NCBI GenBank assembly: GCA_051531975.1
Contig: JAOPTT010000003.1
Location: 224,001-288,000 of the forward strand
Source: Spirochaetaceae bacterium
GTDB taxonomy: Bacteria; Spirochaetota; Spirochaetia; DSM-2461
DNA: 64,000 nt
Direction: 5' to 3'
The position numbers and the translations under genes are program-made. Positions 1-10,399 of this stretch are shown one piece after another. The notes below the pieces were generated by a model that was not told the origin of the DNA, did not search any database, and saw nothing but the letters and a program-made list of their open reading frames with translations. How positions within the stretch are numbered: the first letter of the stretch is position 1; every line of letters begins with the position of its first letter.

Positions 1-2
1 AA

Positions 3-1388
3 TTACATGCGAAGTTTATACGTGATGTTGAGGCTGTGGAAATGATGCTTACCCAGAGTGCAAAATCACTTCTTCCCGCAATTATGACATTTATTTATAT
101 AATAGCCTTAACTTCCTACAAACAGATACTTATCACTCTCTTTTTCCTGCTTATTATTCCAATAGTTGCAATCATAAGAAAAATATTTGGGAAAAGTATT
201 GATAAACAAAATAGGAAATACAGGGTTTCCATGGAGAATCTTTCAGCGAGACTTAGTGAATCAATCGAAATGCTCCCGGTAGCAAGGGCACATGCTGTGG
301 AAAACCATGAAATATCTGAAATGGAAAAATTTTTTTGGAACATAAAAATGCAGGGAATTTCTGTAGATACAATAAACGGTAAGTTTTCTTCAATTTCCTG
401 GGTAATTCTTCAGTTTTTTAGTCTGGGATGTTTAATCTACTCAGGGATTCTTGCTTCAAAGGGATTAATCAAGATTGGTGACATTGTCATGTATCAAACT
501 TTTTTTACTATGTTAACAGGTTCCCTGGGAACGGTTCTGGCATCATACCCTATTATCGCAAAGGGAGTAGATTCTATTCGATCCATATCTGAAATATTGA
601 ACTCTCCCGACCTTGAAAATAATATAGGGAAAAAAGTATTCCCATCCATTAAAGGTTTGGTTGAGTTTAGAAATGTTAATTATTTATACCCTGGTACTCA
701 AAACAAAATTCCTGCAATAAACAGTCTGAGTTTTAAGGTTGAGGCTGGTAAAACTATTGCCATTGTTGGTGGTTCTGGCTCAGGAAAAACAACCCTTATT
801 AATTTAGTCATCGGTTTTTTAAGGCCGGACAATGGTCAGATTTTGATAGATGGTCATGATAATATAGATTATGACATGAGGAGCCTTAGAAAGAACCTTG
901 CTGTTGTCAGCCAGAATCCTGTACTGTTTCACGGAAGCATTAAAGATAATTTAACCTACGGTCTTAAGGAAGTAAGGGAAGAGGAAATATTTAATGCCCT
1001 TGAAAATGCGAATGCACTAGAGTTTATTGGAAAACTGCCAGATTCAATTCATACGGTGATAGGTGAGCATGGAGCGTCCCTTTCTGGAGGACAGAGGCAG
1101 AGAATTGTTATTGCCAGAGCGATTTTAAGGAATCCAGCTATTTTGATTTTTGATGAAGCGACCAGCGCCCTGGATGCGGAATCAGAGGCATTAGTACAGC
1201 AAGCTATAAATAAAATTATTCAAAAGAGAACTACCTTCATTGTCGCTCACAGATTTTCCACAATAAAAAATGCAGATATTGTTCTATTTATGGAAGAAGG
1301 TAAGATTATAGAACAGGGAACCATTAAAGAACTAATGGATAAAAATGGGAAGTTTGCTGAAATGGCTAAACTACAGGGGATAGATTGA
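3..1388 (+). CDS. ABC transporter fused permease/ATP-binding protein (MsbA/Sav1866-like exporter), 5' end outside window
   Basis: TM helices followed by Walker A GGSGSGKTT, signature LSGGQRQR and Walker B ILIFDEATSALD; frame is open back to the window edge. Confidence 0.9.
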   Translation, partial: LHAKFIRDVEAVEMMLTQSAKSLLPAIMTFIYIIALTSYKQILITLFFLLIIPIVAIIRKIFGKSIDKQNRKYRVSMENLSARLSESIEMLPVARAHAVENHEISEMEKFFWNIKMQGISVDTINGKFSSISWVILQFFSLGCLIYSGILASKGLIKIGDIVMYQTFFTMLTGSLGTVLASYPIIAKGVDSIRSISEILNSPDLENNIGKKVFPSIKGLVEFRNVNYLYPGTQNKIPAINSLSFKVEAGKTIAIVGGSGSGKTTLINLVIGFLRPDNGQILIDGHDNIDYDMRSLRKNLAVVSQNPVLFHGSIKDNLTYGLKEVREEEIFNALENANALEFIGKLPDSIHTVIGEHGASLSGGQRQRIVIARAILRNPAILIFDEATSALDAESEALVQQAINKIIQKRTTFIVAHRFSTIKNADIVLFMEEGKIIEQGTIKELMDKNGKFAEMAKLQGID

Positions 1389-1417
1389 TTTAAGAGTAGC
1401 TTTTTATATCTCTTTTT

Positions 1418-2914
1418 CTATCTTTTTTCAGCCTTTATATATTGTTTAAAAGAGTTGGCGAATCCATCACCGTTTTCCTTTAAACATTGGTATAGTTTAT
1501 CCTGCATGTTTTTTCTAGTTAATTTAAACTGTGAATCTTCATGCAGATTATTTATCTCATGAGGATCACTACTAAGATTATATAGTTCCCCCTTATCTCC
1601 TGCATTAAAAATGTATTTATATTCTCCAAAACGTATCATCCTCTGGGAACAGGTAGCATAGCCCAAACCTGTAAACTCAGTTACAACACAATCGGGCCAA
1701 TCAGGAACCGCTTCTTTGTCCATCAGACTAAGAAGTGACCGTCCGTCACGTTCATGTTCCTCTTTAATAACACCTGAAATATCCAGGATTGTGGAATAAA
1801 GATCTGTAGTGTTTACAAACTCGTTAACTTTCTTCCTATGTTTTGTTCCTTTAGGAGGTTTAATAATTAATGGAATATGTGTGGTTTCTTCATACATATG
1901 GAATCCCTTATCACCTAAACCAGCATGACAGCCTAGAGAATCCCCATGATCACAGGAAAAAATGATATATGATGAGTCATAAAGGTCTTCCTGCTTCAGA
2001 TAAGTAAGCAGTCTTCCTATTTCATCATCGATAAACTCTCCGTAGGCATAGACATGTTTTATAGTTTTATTAAATTCTTCCCAAGTTGCTGTGTTTCTGG
2101 CCATATTGTGAATAGAAGGTTTATCTTTTTGATCTTCATCAAATGAAACCCATGGATCTAGTTTCATATCTCTATAACGGTCATAAAATGTCGATGGAAC
2201 ATAAGCTGGCTGATGAGGTCCCCAATAATTCAATTCGAAATAAAATGGACTCCTTCTGTGGTGGAATTTGTCTATAAAATGAATAGATCGCTCAGTTAGA
2301 AAATAATCTATCGTCGATTCTTTAGAAGATAATACCTCTGTTGTGCTGCTATTTTCATCTTTTAACCGATGCTCAAGGTTATTCTCCTCAAGATAATCCT
2401 GATACTGTTTATAATTATGACCTCCCCCTCCATGTCCTGGAAAATCATCTGCCTCATATCCAAGATCTGTAGGCAGAGAACTTCCAGCCCTATAAAAACT
2501 AGGATACTCTACGGTATTAAGGGATCCTTCCACATTATGAGTTTTATACCAGGGATCATTATGGGAGGCACTGCCGAAACCCAGATGCCACTTTCCAGTA
2601 TGACCTGCTGAATAGTGTTGTTTTTGCAGTTGTCGACTTAATAGCAGTGGAGAGTCGGTTAGTTCATGAACGACACAACCCGGTTGGTACATATTGTTCT
2701 GCATACCGTGATTACAGGGGTAAAGACCAGTTTGCAGAGAAGCCCGAGCCGGTGTACATACCGGATAGACTGTATAATTATTCTCAAACAAAACACCATC
2801 AGCTGCCAGAGAGTCTATATTTGGAGATCTAGCTATTTTACTACCGTAACATCCAAGAGAATCTAGCCGTTGCTGATCAGTATATATAAGAATTATATTA
2901 GGTTTATTGGTCAT
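1418..2914 (-). CDS. Cys-type formylglycine-dependent sulfatase (S1), no signal peptide
   Basis: N-terminal KPNIILIYTDQ, CTPARASLQTG, GKWH and DHGD motifs. Confidence 0.93.
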   Translation of the reverse strand: MTNKPNIILIYTDQQRLDSLGCYGSKIARSPNIDSLAADGVLFENNYTVYPVCTPARASLQTGLYPCNHGMQNNMYQPGCVVHELTDSPLLLSRQLQKQHYSAGHTGKWHLGFGSASHNDPWYKTHNVEGSLNTVEYPSFYRAGSSLPTDLGYEADDFPGHGGGGHNYKQYQDYLEENNLEHRLKDENSSTTEVLSSKESTIDYFLTERSIHFIDKFHHRRSPFYFELNYWGPHQPAYVPSTFYDRYRDMKLDPWVSFDEDQKDKPSIHNMARNTATWEEFNKTIKHVYAYGEFIDDEIGRLLTYLKQEDLYDSSYIIFSCDHGDSLGCHAGLGDKGFHMYEETTHIPLIIKPPKGTKHRKKVNEFVNTTDLYSTILDISGVIKEEHERDGRSLLSLMDKEAVPDWPDCVVTEFTGLGYATCSQRMIRFGEYKYIFNAGDKGELYNLSSDPHEINNLHEDSQFKLTRKNMQDKLYQCLKENGDGFANSFKQYIKAEKR

Positions 2915-4427
2915 TTAAATTCTCCTTTGTAACATGTCCGTGATATAAATAGAGGGCGCCGTAGGTCCAACCAGGCAAATCCGGATAATTAACACGATCC
3001 ATTGTAAGGGCGATATAAGGGGCTGGGTAGCCATCGGGTAGAGGAATCACATTAGGCCAGCAACGGGTATTTATAGTATCATCCCATGGAGGTCTAAGCA
3101 TATCAAGAGTTCCAATCTTATTAAGTTCTGGGTATGAATAGACATAGAATTCCCTATCTGAACTGCCAAATAGAGCATAATATTTTGAACCAAACTTCTG
3201 CAAAAGACAGCCTGTACTATTAACGTCTACCGGTCCATAAATCCTCTTGTATGGGCCGTCCCAATTTTTTGATTCATAAAGACATGCAGGGAAACCCTTT
3301 TCATCAGAGCAAACCAGAACACGCCATTTTCTAGCAACCCTATCATAAATAATATGGGGATCTTCACCTGAACCCGGCATCTCTAACTTCTTAGCTTTCA
3401 TAATAGAGAATCCAAATCTTGGATCTTTTTTAGAGCAGACAGCCCACAATTGCTTTGGTACTGTTTTATCGGGATCTCCAATAGCGGAAAATCCAACAGT
3501 TAGTCCATGCCACTCATCTAATTCCTTATCATAAAAAATATGAGAAGCTATCTCATTGCGCAGTAGTCCATCCCCTCGATCAAAGACAATTATCCCTTCG
3601 AGCTTTATATCAAAAACAGAAGGGTTTATGCTAAAGACACCCTGTGTTGTATGATCCACATTACGTCCTCGTATGGTCATTGTAAACCAAAGTCTGCCCT
3701 GTTCGAGAAGAGGTGAGCCGTCTTTGTTTGTTATGGCACACATATCGGCTTGACCGGCACCGGTTGTAAGGTAAATACCCGCTTCATAAATAGTGACAGA
3801 TTCATTTGATCCTAGCCTTGTTATAATATGAGATTCGAAAGTTCGAATGAATTCTTTCCGGCGTAAATCTATAATATTTGAAAAATCACAGGTATATAAA
3901 ACAGTATTAACACCATTCTGCTCTGCATAGACATTAAGTCCACTACCTACCATCTGCACCCTGAAGGTGAATGGACCACAGATCGGTTGCTTCAGGGAAT
4001 TGTTTTCACTGAATTTTTCTTTTCCACTAATTATTATTTGACACCTAACAGTGCTACATAAATTGTTTTGCAAACCTGCTAATAAAACTAAGCGATGAGT
4101 TTTGTCATAAGAACAAAACTCAACTCCTACTTCAACAGTTGCACCACGACTCTCATAGATTGATATATCGTAGGTAGCAAAAGCATTAAAACCCCCTAAC
4201 CAAAGCAGTGATTCTGACTGTTTCTCCCCAGAAATCCTGAGTTGACCGCTTTTCAGACTATATTCACATTCCCTACCATTTAGAGTTTGCATTGGGTGTT
4301 CTAATGGGAGATTTACAATCTCAGCTGGTTTTAACACAGATAAAGGAATTGCTGATTTTTTATCAAATACTAATCGACGGACAGCCTGTCTAGTAAATTG
4401 AATATCAATAGGTGACATATTAGTCAT
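2904..4427 (-). CDS. Uncharacterised protein with probable C-terminal five-bladed beta-propeller glycosidase-like domain
   Basis: Long ORF coupled to both neighbours (ATG 4427 lies 1 nt after the upstream stop; 3' end overlaps the sulfatase start); EDPHIIYD and LYESKNWDGPY resemble GH32/43 propeller motifs. Confidence 0.5.
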   Translation of the reverse strand: MTNMSPIDIQFTRQAVRRLVFDKKSAIPLSVLKPAEIVNLPLEHPMQTLNGRECEYSLKSGQLRISGEKQSESLLWLGGFNAFATYDISIYESRGATVEVGVEFCSYDKTHRLVLLAGLQNNLCSTVRCQIIISGKEKFSENNSLKQPICGPFTFRVQMVGSGLNVYAEQNGVNTVLYTCDFSNIIDLRRKEFIRTFESHIITRLGSNESVTIYEAGIYLTTGAGQADMCAITNKDGSPLLEQGRLWFTMTIRGRNVDHTTQGVFSINPSVFDIKLEGIIVFDRGDGLLRNEIASHIFYDKELDEWHGLTVGFSAIGDPDKTVPKQLWAVCSKKDPRFGFSIMKAKKLEMPGSGEDPHIIYDRVARKWRVLVCSDEKGFPACLYESKNWDGPYKRIYGPVDVNSTGCLLQKFGSKYYALFGSSDREFYVYSYPELNKIGTLDMLRPPWDDTINTRCWPNVIPLPDGYPAPYIALTMDRVNYPDLPGWTYGALYLYHGHVTKENLNDQ

Positions 4428-4428
4428 A

Positions 4429-5439
4429 TTATGGATAAACCTTTTGGGATTCTTCACTATATTCTATTATATCTTCATTCTTATGTTCCCTAACCTTCTT
4501 AGGCCATTCAGCTTCGGAGATTAAAGGCCGGCCTACTGCAACCATATCGAACTCGTGATTATTATATCGTCGAATGAGTTCGGTTTGGCTCTCCTGTCCT
4601 GAGCCAAAGTATTCCGAAGTTGATAGACCCACATTTCCTACTGTAATAGTTGCACTCTGGGTAATTTTCTTTGTCCAACCGGCTAGACCTAAATCCGAGC
4701 CTTCAAACTCAGGTTGCCAAAACCGACGGGTACTAGCATGAAAGATATCGATTCCAGCTTCCTTTAGTGGTAATAAAACGGCTTCTAGTTCTGCTGGTGT
4801 TTTAAACTGTTGTTCATCATATGTTGTCTTAACTCGCCATTGGGAGAAACGTAGGCAGAAGGTAAAGTCATCTCCAACTAACCTACGGGCTTCACGGACT
4901 ATGTCGCATACAAAGTCAACTTGACCTGCCCGTATGAAACTATCTAATAAGTATCCATGAGCTGCATGGAACTCGACACCGTCAAAACCGATATCCTGAG
5001 CCCTAACTGTAGCTTTAACAAATGCGTCGAAGACCTTTTTACGATCACTATCATCTATCAGTTGTATATCTGTTTTTTCTGCATCTTCTTTTAAAGCACT
5101 AATACCAGGCCTAGTAATAGGTCCCTGATGCCAGAGTTGCACAATAATTGAAGACTTTTCATTATGGACTTGATCAACAACATTTCTCCATGCTTCTTCC
5201 GTGTCTTGGGCGATTCTTGGAATATCTTTCTCGTTTGTGGCAAGATCATGTTCAATAACTGTACCTTCTGTAATAATTAGTCCAACTTCACCGGCAGCTC
5301 GCCGACGATAGTACTCTGCAACATCCGCTGTAGGAATACCTCCAGGGGACTTTATACGGGTCATTGGTGCCATTACAAAACGGTTGGTTAAATTTATTTT
5401 TTTTGTATTATAACTTGAGAAAAGTGGATTTTCTAACAC
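4429..5439 (-). CDS. NADH:flavin oxidoreductase, Old Yellow Enzyme family
   Basis: NRFVMAPMTR, QLWHQG, GFDGVEFHAAHGYLLD and VAVGRPLI motifs; GTG start preceded by AGGAGG. Confidence 0.9.
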   Translation of the reverse strand: MLENPLFSSYNTKKINLTNRFVMAPMTRIKSPGGIPTADVAEYYRRRAAGEVGLIITEGTVIEHDLATNEKDIPRIAQDTEEAWRNVVDQVHNEKSSIIVQLWHQGPITRPGISALKEDAEKTDIQLIDDSDRKKVFDAFVKATVRAQDIGFDGVEFHAAHGYLLDSFIRAGQVDFVCDIVREARRLVGDDFTFCLRFSQWRVKTTYDEQQFKTPAELEAVLLPLKEAGIDIFHASTRRFWQPEFEGSDLGLAGWTKKITQSATITVGNVGLSTSEYFGSGQESQTELIRRYNNHEFDMVAVGRPLISEAEWPKKVREHKNEDIIEYSEESQKVYP

Positions 5440-5486
5440 TTTAATCCTCCTATGATTTGATTGTATATTTAATATCAATTTATCTA

Positions 5487-5515
5487 ATCATATGGTCTAA
5501 ATGTACAGATGTCAA
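5487..5515 (-). promoter_or_regulatory. sigma-70 promoter of the OYE-hypothetical-sulfatase operon
   Basis: TTGACA-17 bp-TATGAT on the minus strand. Confidence 0.75.
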
Positions 5516-5686
5516 GAATTGAACATGCTCAATGAGGCTCAGAAACAATTATTGATAAATTAAATATACTCATTGTCAAATGAAAAGATATACTGTACAA
5601 TATTGATTATTGGTTATAGTCAGTCTTTTATTATGCAACTGTCGATTACATACTCAATAAAAAAGAAAAGAACAAAGAGGCATTAA

Positions 5687-8600
5687 ATGATTGTAAACAG
5701 AAAAACTATATTAAAACTAAACAGGATTCTATCTATTTATAGCAAAAATATTTTTTCAGCTATTGATGAGTTAGAGTTGGAGTTTACTAAAACATTTGAA
5801 CATTTTAGATCATGCCCAACTAAAGATATAACTTGGCAACCATTAAAAAAGAACTATAAATGGGGAGAAGCATGGCAAACTATGTGGCTTAAAACTTCTT
5901 TTACTGTCCCAGCAGATATAAATTCAGATAAATTATACATCAAAGTTGATTCCGGTGCTGTGGAAGTATTACTAATTGTAGACAATGAATATAAAGGTAT
6001 TTTTAATATTGAACGGGAAGAAGGTGTAAGAGGAATACATCACACTAGGCTTATGTTAAAAAATCCTAAACCAGGAGAAAGTCATAATATAGCTTTAGAA
6101 TGTTATGCTGGACACCCATGTGTTGGAACAATGCCAGACGACGCGAGAGAAGAGAAAGCATTTGATCCAGAGACTTTTATTAGAACTTTTAACAATGTAA
6201 CAGTATGTACTAAAAATCAGAATATAATGGGATTTGTAACAGAACTTAGAATATTATTGCAAATTGCTGAACAAACAGGAAAAGATAGCTTTAGAGGAGC
6301 GTCTATATACAAGGTTCTAGAAGGTGTTTTTAAAACAGTACCAATGCAACCAACTGATTATTCAAAAATTGAGATTGAAGGTTTTATAAATATTGCTCGA
6401 ACTATGATGAAACCACTATTAGAGATGAAAAACGCCGATTCTGCACCATATGTGGGAATGATGGGACATTCTCATATGGATACTGCATGGTTATGGACAG
6501 TAGATGAAACCAAAAGAAAGTGTGCAAGAACATTTTCAAATACATTAAATATGATGGATGAATATCCTGACTATATGTTTCTACAAAGTGCTCCATTACA
6601 CTTGGAGATGATGGAGAAAGAGTATCCTTCTATTTTTGAAGGGATTAAAAAGCGTATAGAAGAAGGACGGTGGGAGCCAAATGGTGGTTCATGGATTGAA
6701 CCAGACTGTAATATTCCCTCTGGAGAATCATTCACAAGACATTTTTTATATGGGCAAAGATATCTTAAAGAGAAGTTTGACTATAGAGCAGATACTTTTT
6801 GGCAACCAGATGTTTTTGGATATTCAGCATCTATCCCTCAGATCCTAAAGCAGTGTGGAATTAAAAACTTTTTAACAACAAAACTGAGTTGGAACGAAGA
6901 TAATAAGTTCCCGTATGATACCTTTAACTGGTCTGGAATAGACGGTACCTCAGTATTTACACACTTTAATACAACACATAACTGGACTGATCCAGAATCT
7001 TTAATATCTCAAACAGAAGTGATACAACATAAAGATCTTCAAGATGGCCGGTTTTGTGCTTTTGGGTACGGAGATGGTGGTGGTGGGCCACAATTTGAGA
7101 TGTTAGAAATAGCACCATATATGAAAAATATTGATTCTGTTCCTAAAACGGATTATATGACTGTTAGCTCATTTATGGATAAATTAAACAATAATGGTAA
7201 TGAATTCCCTACATGGAATGGAGAGTTATATCTAGAATTACATAGAGGAACTTTAACATCCTTCCACAAAATTAAAAGGTTAAATAGACAGGCTGAAACT
7301 CTATTAAGAGAGACAGAGTTTTTGTATTCATCTATGTCTGTCTCTAATATAGAGATCAAATATCCAGCAAAAAGAATAGAAGAATTATGGAAGATTGTGC
7401 TTCTTAACCAGTTCCACGATATTTTACCTGGAACATCAATACCAGAAGTGAACATAAAAGCGCAACAAGAGTTAGAAGATTGTATAAAAGACATAAAAGA
7501 GCTAATGGGAGAATTAGAACAACAATCTGGTTCAGGTGATATAGAGAATTATCACGTATGGAATAGTTGGAACTGGGATAGAGAGAATAACTTACAATTA
7601 AGTAACATCCCCACCGATCTCTCTCCTACTGACGATACATTAGAATGGCAAAAAACTAAAACTATAGAGGGGAAAAACAAAATACTTATAAATGGTTTTA
7701 AACTTCCCTCTTTAAGTTCTAAAAGTATCTCTTTCAAAAAAGATGAAAACAAAAACAGTAACAAGCGGTCATTTTATACATATAAAAACAATACCTTAGA
7801 AACTAATCTTTACACATTAAAGTTTAGTCAATTTGGAGCTATAGAGTCCTTAATAGACATTGAAGCAGATAGAGAGTTAGTAGCACCTGGTGGTCTGTTT
7901 AACAACATAATGTTTGGTGAAGATATACCTGCATTATGGGATAACTGGGATATTGATGTTGACCAACATATGAAAATGTCAGCTCTACAACCGGATCAAA
8001 GTTGGGAAATAATAGAAGAAGGACCACTTCAGATTAAGTTAGCGAATAAATTTAAAGCTGGATTAACATCATATATAGATCAGCATATTATTATTTATAG
8101 AGATTCAAAACAAATTGACTTTGAAACAGTTGTAGATTGGAAAGAAGATCACAAACTATTAAAAACAGAATTTGATCTTGATATTCAAGTTGATAAAGCA
8201 AAATACGAAATTCAGTATGGACATCTAGAAAGATTCACTCATACAAACTCGCCACAAGATAGATCTCAGTTTGAGGTATGTAATCACCAATGGAGTGATT
8301 TATCAGAACCAAACTACGGTGTAGCACTTTTAAACGACTGTAAATATGGAGTATCTAATGTTGGTTCTAAGATTGGATTAAGTCTTCTAAAAAGTGGGAC
8401 ACATCCTGATCCATCAGCTGATAGAGGTATACATGTTTTTACTTATAGCTTATTACCACATAACTGTAGTTTCTCCACAAAGAGTGTTATTAGACCAGCT
8501 AGAGAATTAAATACTCCACTAACTGTTTTCAAATCAGAGAGTACTCAGGAAACATTTAATTCACTGTTTGAAATTGATAAAGAAAATATACTACTTGAGG

Positions 8601-8821
8601 CAATTAAACAGTCTGAAGATGGTACTGGTTCAATAATTAGACTATTTGAAACAGAGAAAAGCAAAACAACTTGTACTATTAAGTTTAGTAATAAGCCTGT
8701 TAAAGTATATCTATGTAATATGTTAGAAGAGATAGAAGAAGAGATAGAAGTTGATAATAACAGTGTTATAGCTTTAAACTTTCATGGGTTTGGAATTAGA
8801 TCTTTAAAAGTTATATGGTAA
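5687..8821 (+). CDS. Alpha-mannosidase, GH38
   Basis: GHSHMDTAWLW, WQPDVFGYS, ELYLELHRGT and LNQFHDILPGTSI motifs; 1044 aa. Confidence 0.95.
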   Translation: MIVNRKTILKLNRILSIYSKNIFSAIDELELEFTKTFEHFRSCPTKDITWQPLKKNYKWGEAWQTMWLKTSFTVPADINSDKLYIKVDSGAVEVLLIVDNEYKGIFNIEREEGVRGIHHTRLMLKNPKPGESHNIALECYAGHPCVGTMPDDAREEKAFDPETFIRTFNNVTVCTKNQNIMGFVTELRILLQIAEQTGKDSFRGASIYKVLEGVFKTVPMQPTDYSKIEIEGFINIARTMMKPLLEMKNADSAPYVGMMGHSHMDTAWLWTVDETKRKCARTFSNTLNMMDEYPDYMFLQSAPLHLEMMEKEYPSIFEGIKKRIEEGRWEPNGGSWIEPDCNIPSGESFTRHFLYGQRYLKEKFDYRADTFWQPDVFGYSASIPQILKQCGIKNFLTTKLSWNEDNKFPYDTFNWSGIDGTSVFTHFNTTHNWTDPESLISQTEVIQHKDLQDGRFCAFGYGDGGGGPQFEMLEIAPYMKNIDSVPKTDYMTVSSFMDKLNNNGNEFPTWNGELYLELHRGTLTSFHKIKRLNRQAETLLRETEFLYSSMSVSNIEIKYPAKRIEELWKIVLLNQFHDILPGTSIPEVNIKAQQELEDCIKDIKELMGELEQQSGSGDIENYHVWNSWNWDRENNLQLSNIPTDLSPTDDTLEWQKTKTIEGKNKILINGFKLPSLSSKSISFKKDENKNSNKRSFYTYKNNTLETNLYTLKFSQFGAIESLIDIEADRELVAPGGLFNNIMFGEDIPALWDNWDIDVDQHMKMSALQPDQSWEIIEEGPLQIKLANKFKAGLTSYIDQHIIIYRDSKQIDFETVVDWKEDHKLLKTEFDLDIQVDKAKYEIQYGHLERFTHTNSPQDRSQFEVCNHQWSDLSEPNYGVALLNDCKYGVSNVGSKIGLSLLKSGTHPDPSADRGIHVFTYSLLPHNCSFSTKSVIRPARELNTPLTVFKSESTQETFNSLFEIDKENILLEAIKQSEDGTGSIIRLFETEKSKTTCTIKFSNKPVKVYLCNMLEEIEEEIEVDNNSVIALNFHGFGIRSLKVIW

Positions 8822-8865
8822 CCTTGATAGATTAAAATTTTTACAGATGTGACATTAATTAAAAA

Positions 8866-8896
8866 AAGGGTCTACACCATTGTACACCCTTGTTTT
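8866..8896 (+). terminator. Intrinsic terminator after GH38
   Basis: AAGGGTCTACA-ccat-TGTACACCCTT hairpin (1 mismatch) followed by GTTTT and preceded by an A-tract. Confidence 0.65.
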
Positions 8897-9099
8897 GCTT
8901 GCTTACTTTTTTACTTTTATACTTACATCTTTATTAAATAAATATTTTTTTATATTTACTTTTTGATATGATCTAAATATAACATCAGATTATAAATCCG
9001 TACATGAGCTAGGTTCTTCATTTTGAATAGGGAAAACTCACTATTTATATGAGTAATTTTCTCTTTTACCCATGAAAAATATGTGCAATAATTATTTAT

Positions 9100-10302
9100 A
9101 TGATAAATATAACCCCAAAAGAGTTAAGAACTTTCCTAGTTACATATCAAGGTTTAAATACCAGAACTTTTGCCAATAAGCAAGGTATATTAGAATTTGT
9201 ACAACGAGTTGGATGTTTACAGTACGACCCATTAAATGTTGTAGGCAGAAACATGGACTTAGTATTACAAAGTAGGATTAAAAATTACAAACCCACTATG
9301 TTAACAGACCTTTTATATAATGATAGAGCTCTCATAGATGGTTGGGATAAAATGATGGCTGTTTATTCAGTTTCTGACTGGAGTAATTTTTATAGGGTGC
9401 GAGCTGTAAAAAAAATAGAAGTTGAAGGGACTTTAGCTTATCGAAACTCTACAAAAGCATTAGATCATGTAGATAAAGTAACCAGGTATGTAAAATTAAA
9501 CGGTTCATCTAGACCTAGTAATATAGACCTAGGAAGTACAAATCGTGGAAGTTGGGGTCATGGTAAAATAGCCAGTGCCACAATGGATTATATGTTTAAC
9601 ATAGGTACTCTAGGTATATATAACAAAAACAATACACAAAAAATATATGACTTAATAGAAAATCTACTACCCCAAAAAATATTAAATGCAGAAGATCCTT
9701 TTAAAACAGACAAAGAGTTTTACAAATGGTATATAAAAAGGCGAATTGGCAGTATTGGTATCTATTGGAATAAAAGTGGAGGTGGTTGGCTAGGTCATTT
9801 TATTTCCAAAAGTAATTTACGTATAGAACTAATTAATGAGCTTGTAGAAGATGGGGAACTTACTGAAATAATAGTTACTGGATTTACCGAGAACTTTTAC
9901 ATAAGATCAGAAGACATACATTTATTAGAAAACCTTAAACCTATAAAAAATCCTAAAGCTAAATTCTTAGCACCACTTGATAACCTATTGTGGGATAGAA
10001 AACTAATTAAGGATCTTTTTAATTTTGATTATAAATGGGAAGTCTACAAACCAGTTAAGTTAAGAGAATATGGGTACTACGTTCTTCCTGTTCTTTATGG
10101 GAATAAGTTAGTAGCCCGTTTTGAACCAGAACTTCAGCGGGGATCAAAACATTTAGAACTAAAAAATTGGTGGTGGGAAAAAAACTTTAAACCAACAGAG
10201 AAAGTCATAGATGCAGTATTAAAAGAATTTACACAGTTCTGTAAATATTTAAGTTCTCCAGGTTTATCAAAGTTATCTATAGAATTAATTAAAAGAAATT
10301 AG
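9100..10302 (+). CDS. ycaQ: YcaQ/AlkZ-family (HTH_42) DNA interstrand-crosslink glycosylase
   Basis: LQYDPLNVVGRN..LVLQSR (QxD motif) and FLAPLDNLLWDR...FDYKWEVYKP..LREYGYYVLPVL. Confidence 0.85.
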   Translation: MINITPKELRTFLVTYQGLNTRTFANKQGILEFVQRVGCLQYDPLNVVGRNMDLVLQSRIKNYKPTMLTDLLYNDRALIDGWDKMMAVYSVSDWSNFYRVRAVKKIEVEGTLAYRNSTKALDHVDKVTRYVKLNGSSRPSNIDLGSTNRGSWGHGKIASATMDYMFNIGTLGIYNKNNTQKIYDLIENLLPQKILNAEDPFKTDKEFYKWYIKRRIGSIGIYWNKSGGGWLGHFISKSNLRIELINELVEDGELTEIIVTGFTENFYIRSEDIHLLENLKPIKNPKAKFLAPLDNLLWDRKLIKDLFNFDYKWEVYKPVKLREYGYYVLPVLYGNKLVARFEPELQRGSKHLELKNWWWEKNFKPTEKVIDAVLKEFTQFCKYLSSPGLSKLSIELIKRN

Positions 10303-10399
10303 TAAAGGTTGTGGTGTATTTTTTTCGCAATCTAAAAAGCTTCTGAAATTATAGAATATTACTTTGCAAAACATTCTCTTAGCAATTAGAGTTTATACT

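Noticed and set aside
8873..8884. Perfect TAC-N6-GTA (TACACCATTGTA)
   Set aside because: It is part of the GH38 terminator hairpin with no sigma-54 promoter nearby. It shows the bare motif occurs by chance, so the nif claim rests on the fixed spacing to the promoters.
8956..9021. Small minus-strand ORF MKNLAHVRIYNLMLYLDHIKK
   Set aside because: No SD and no recognisable motif; expected by chance.
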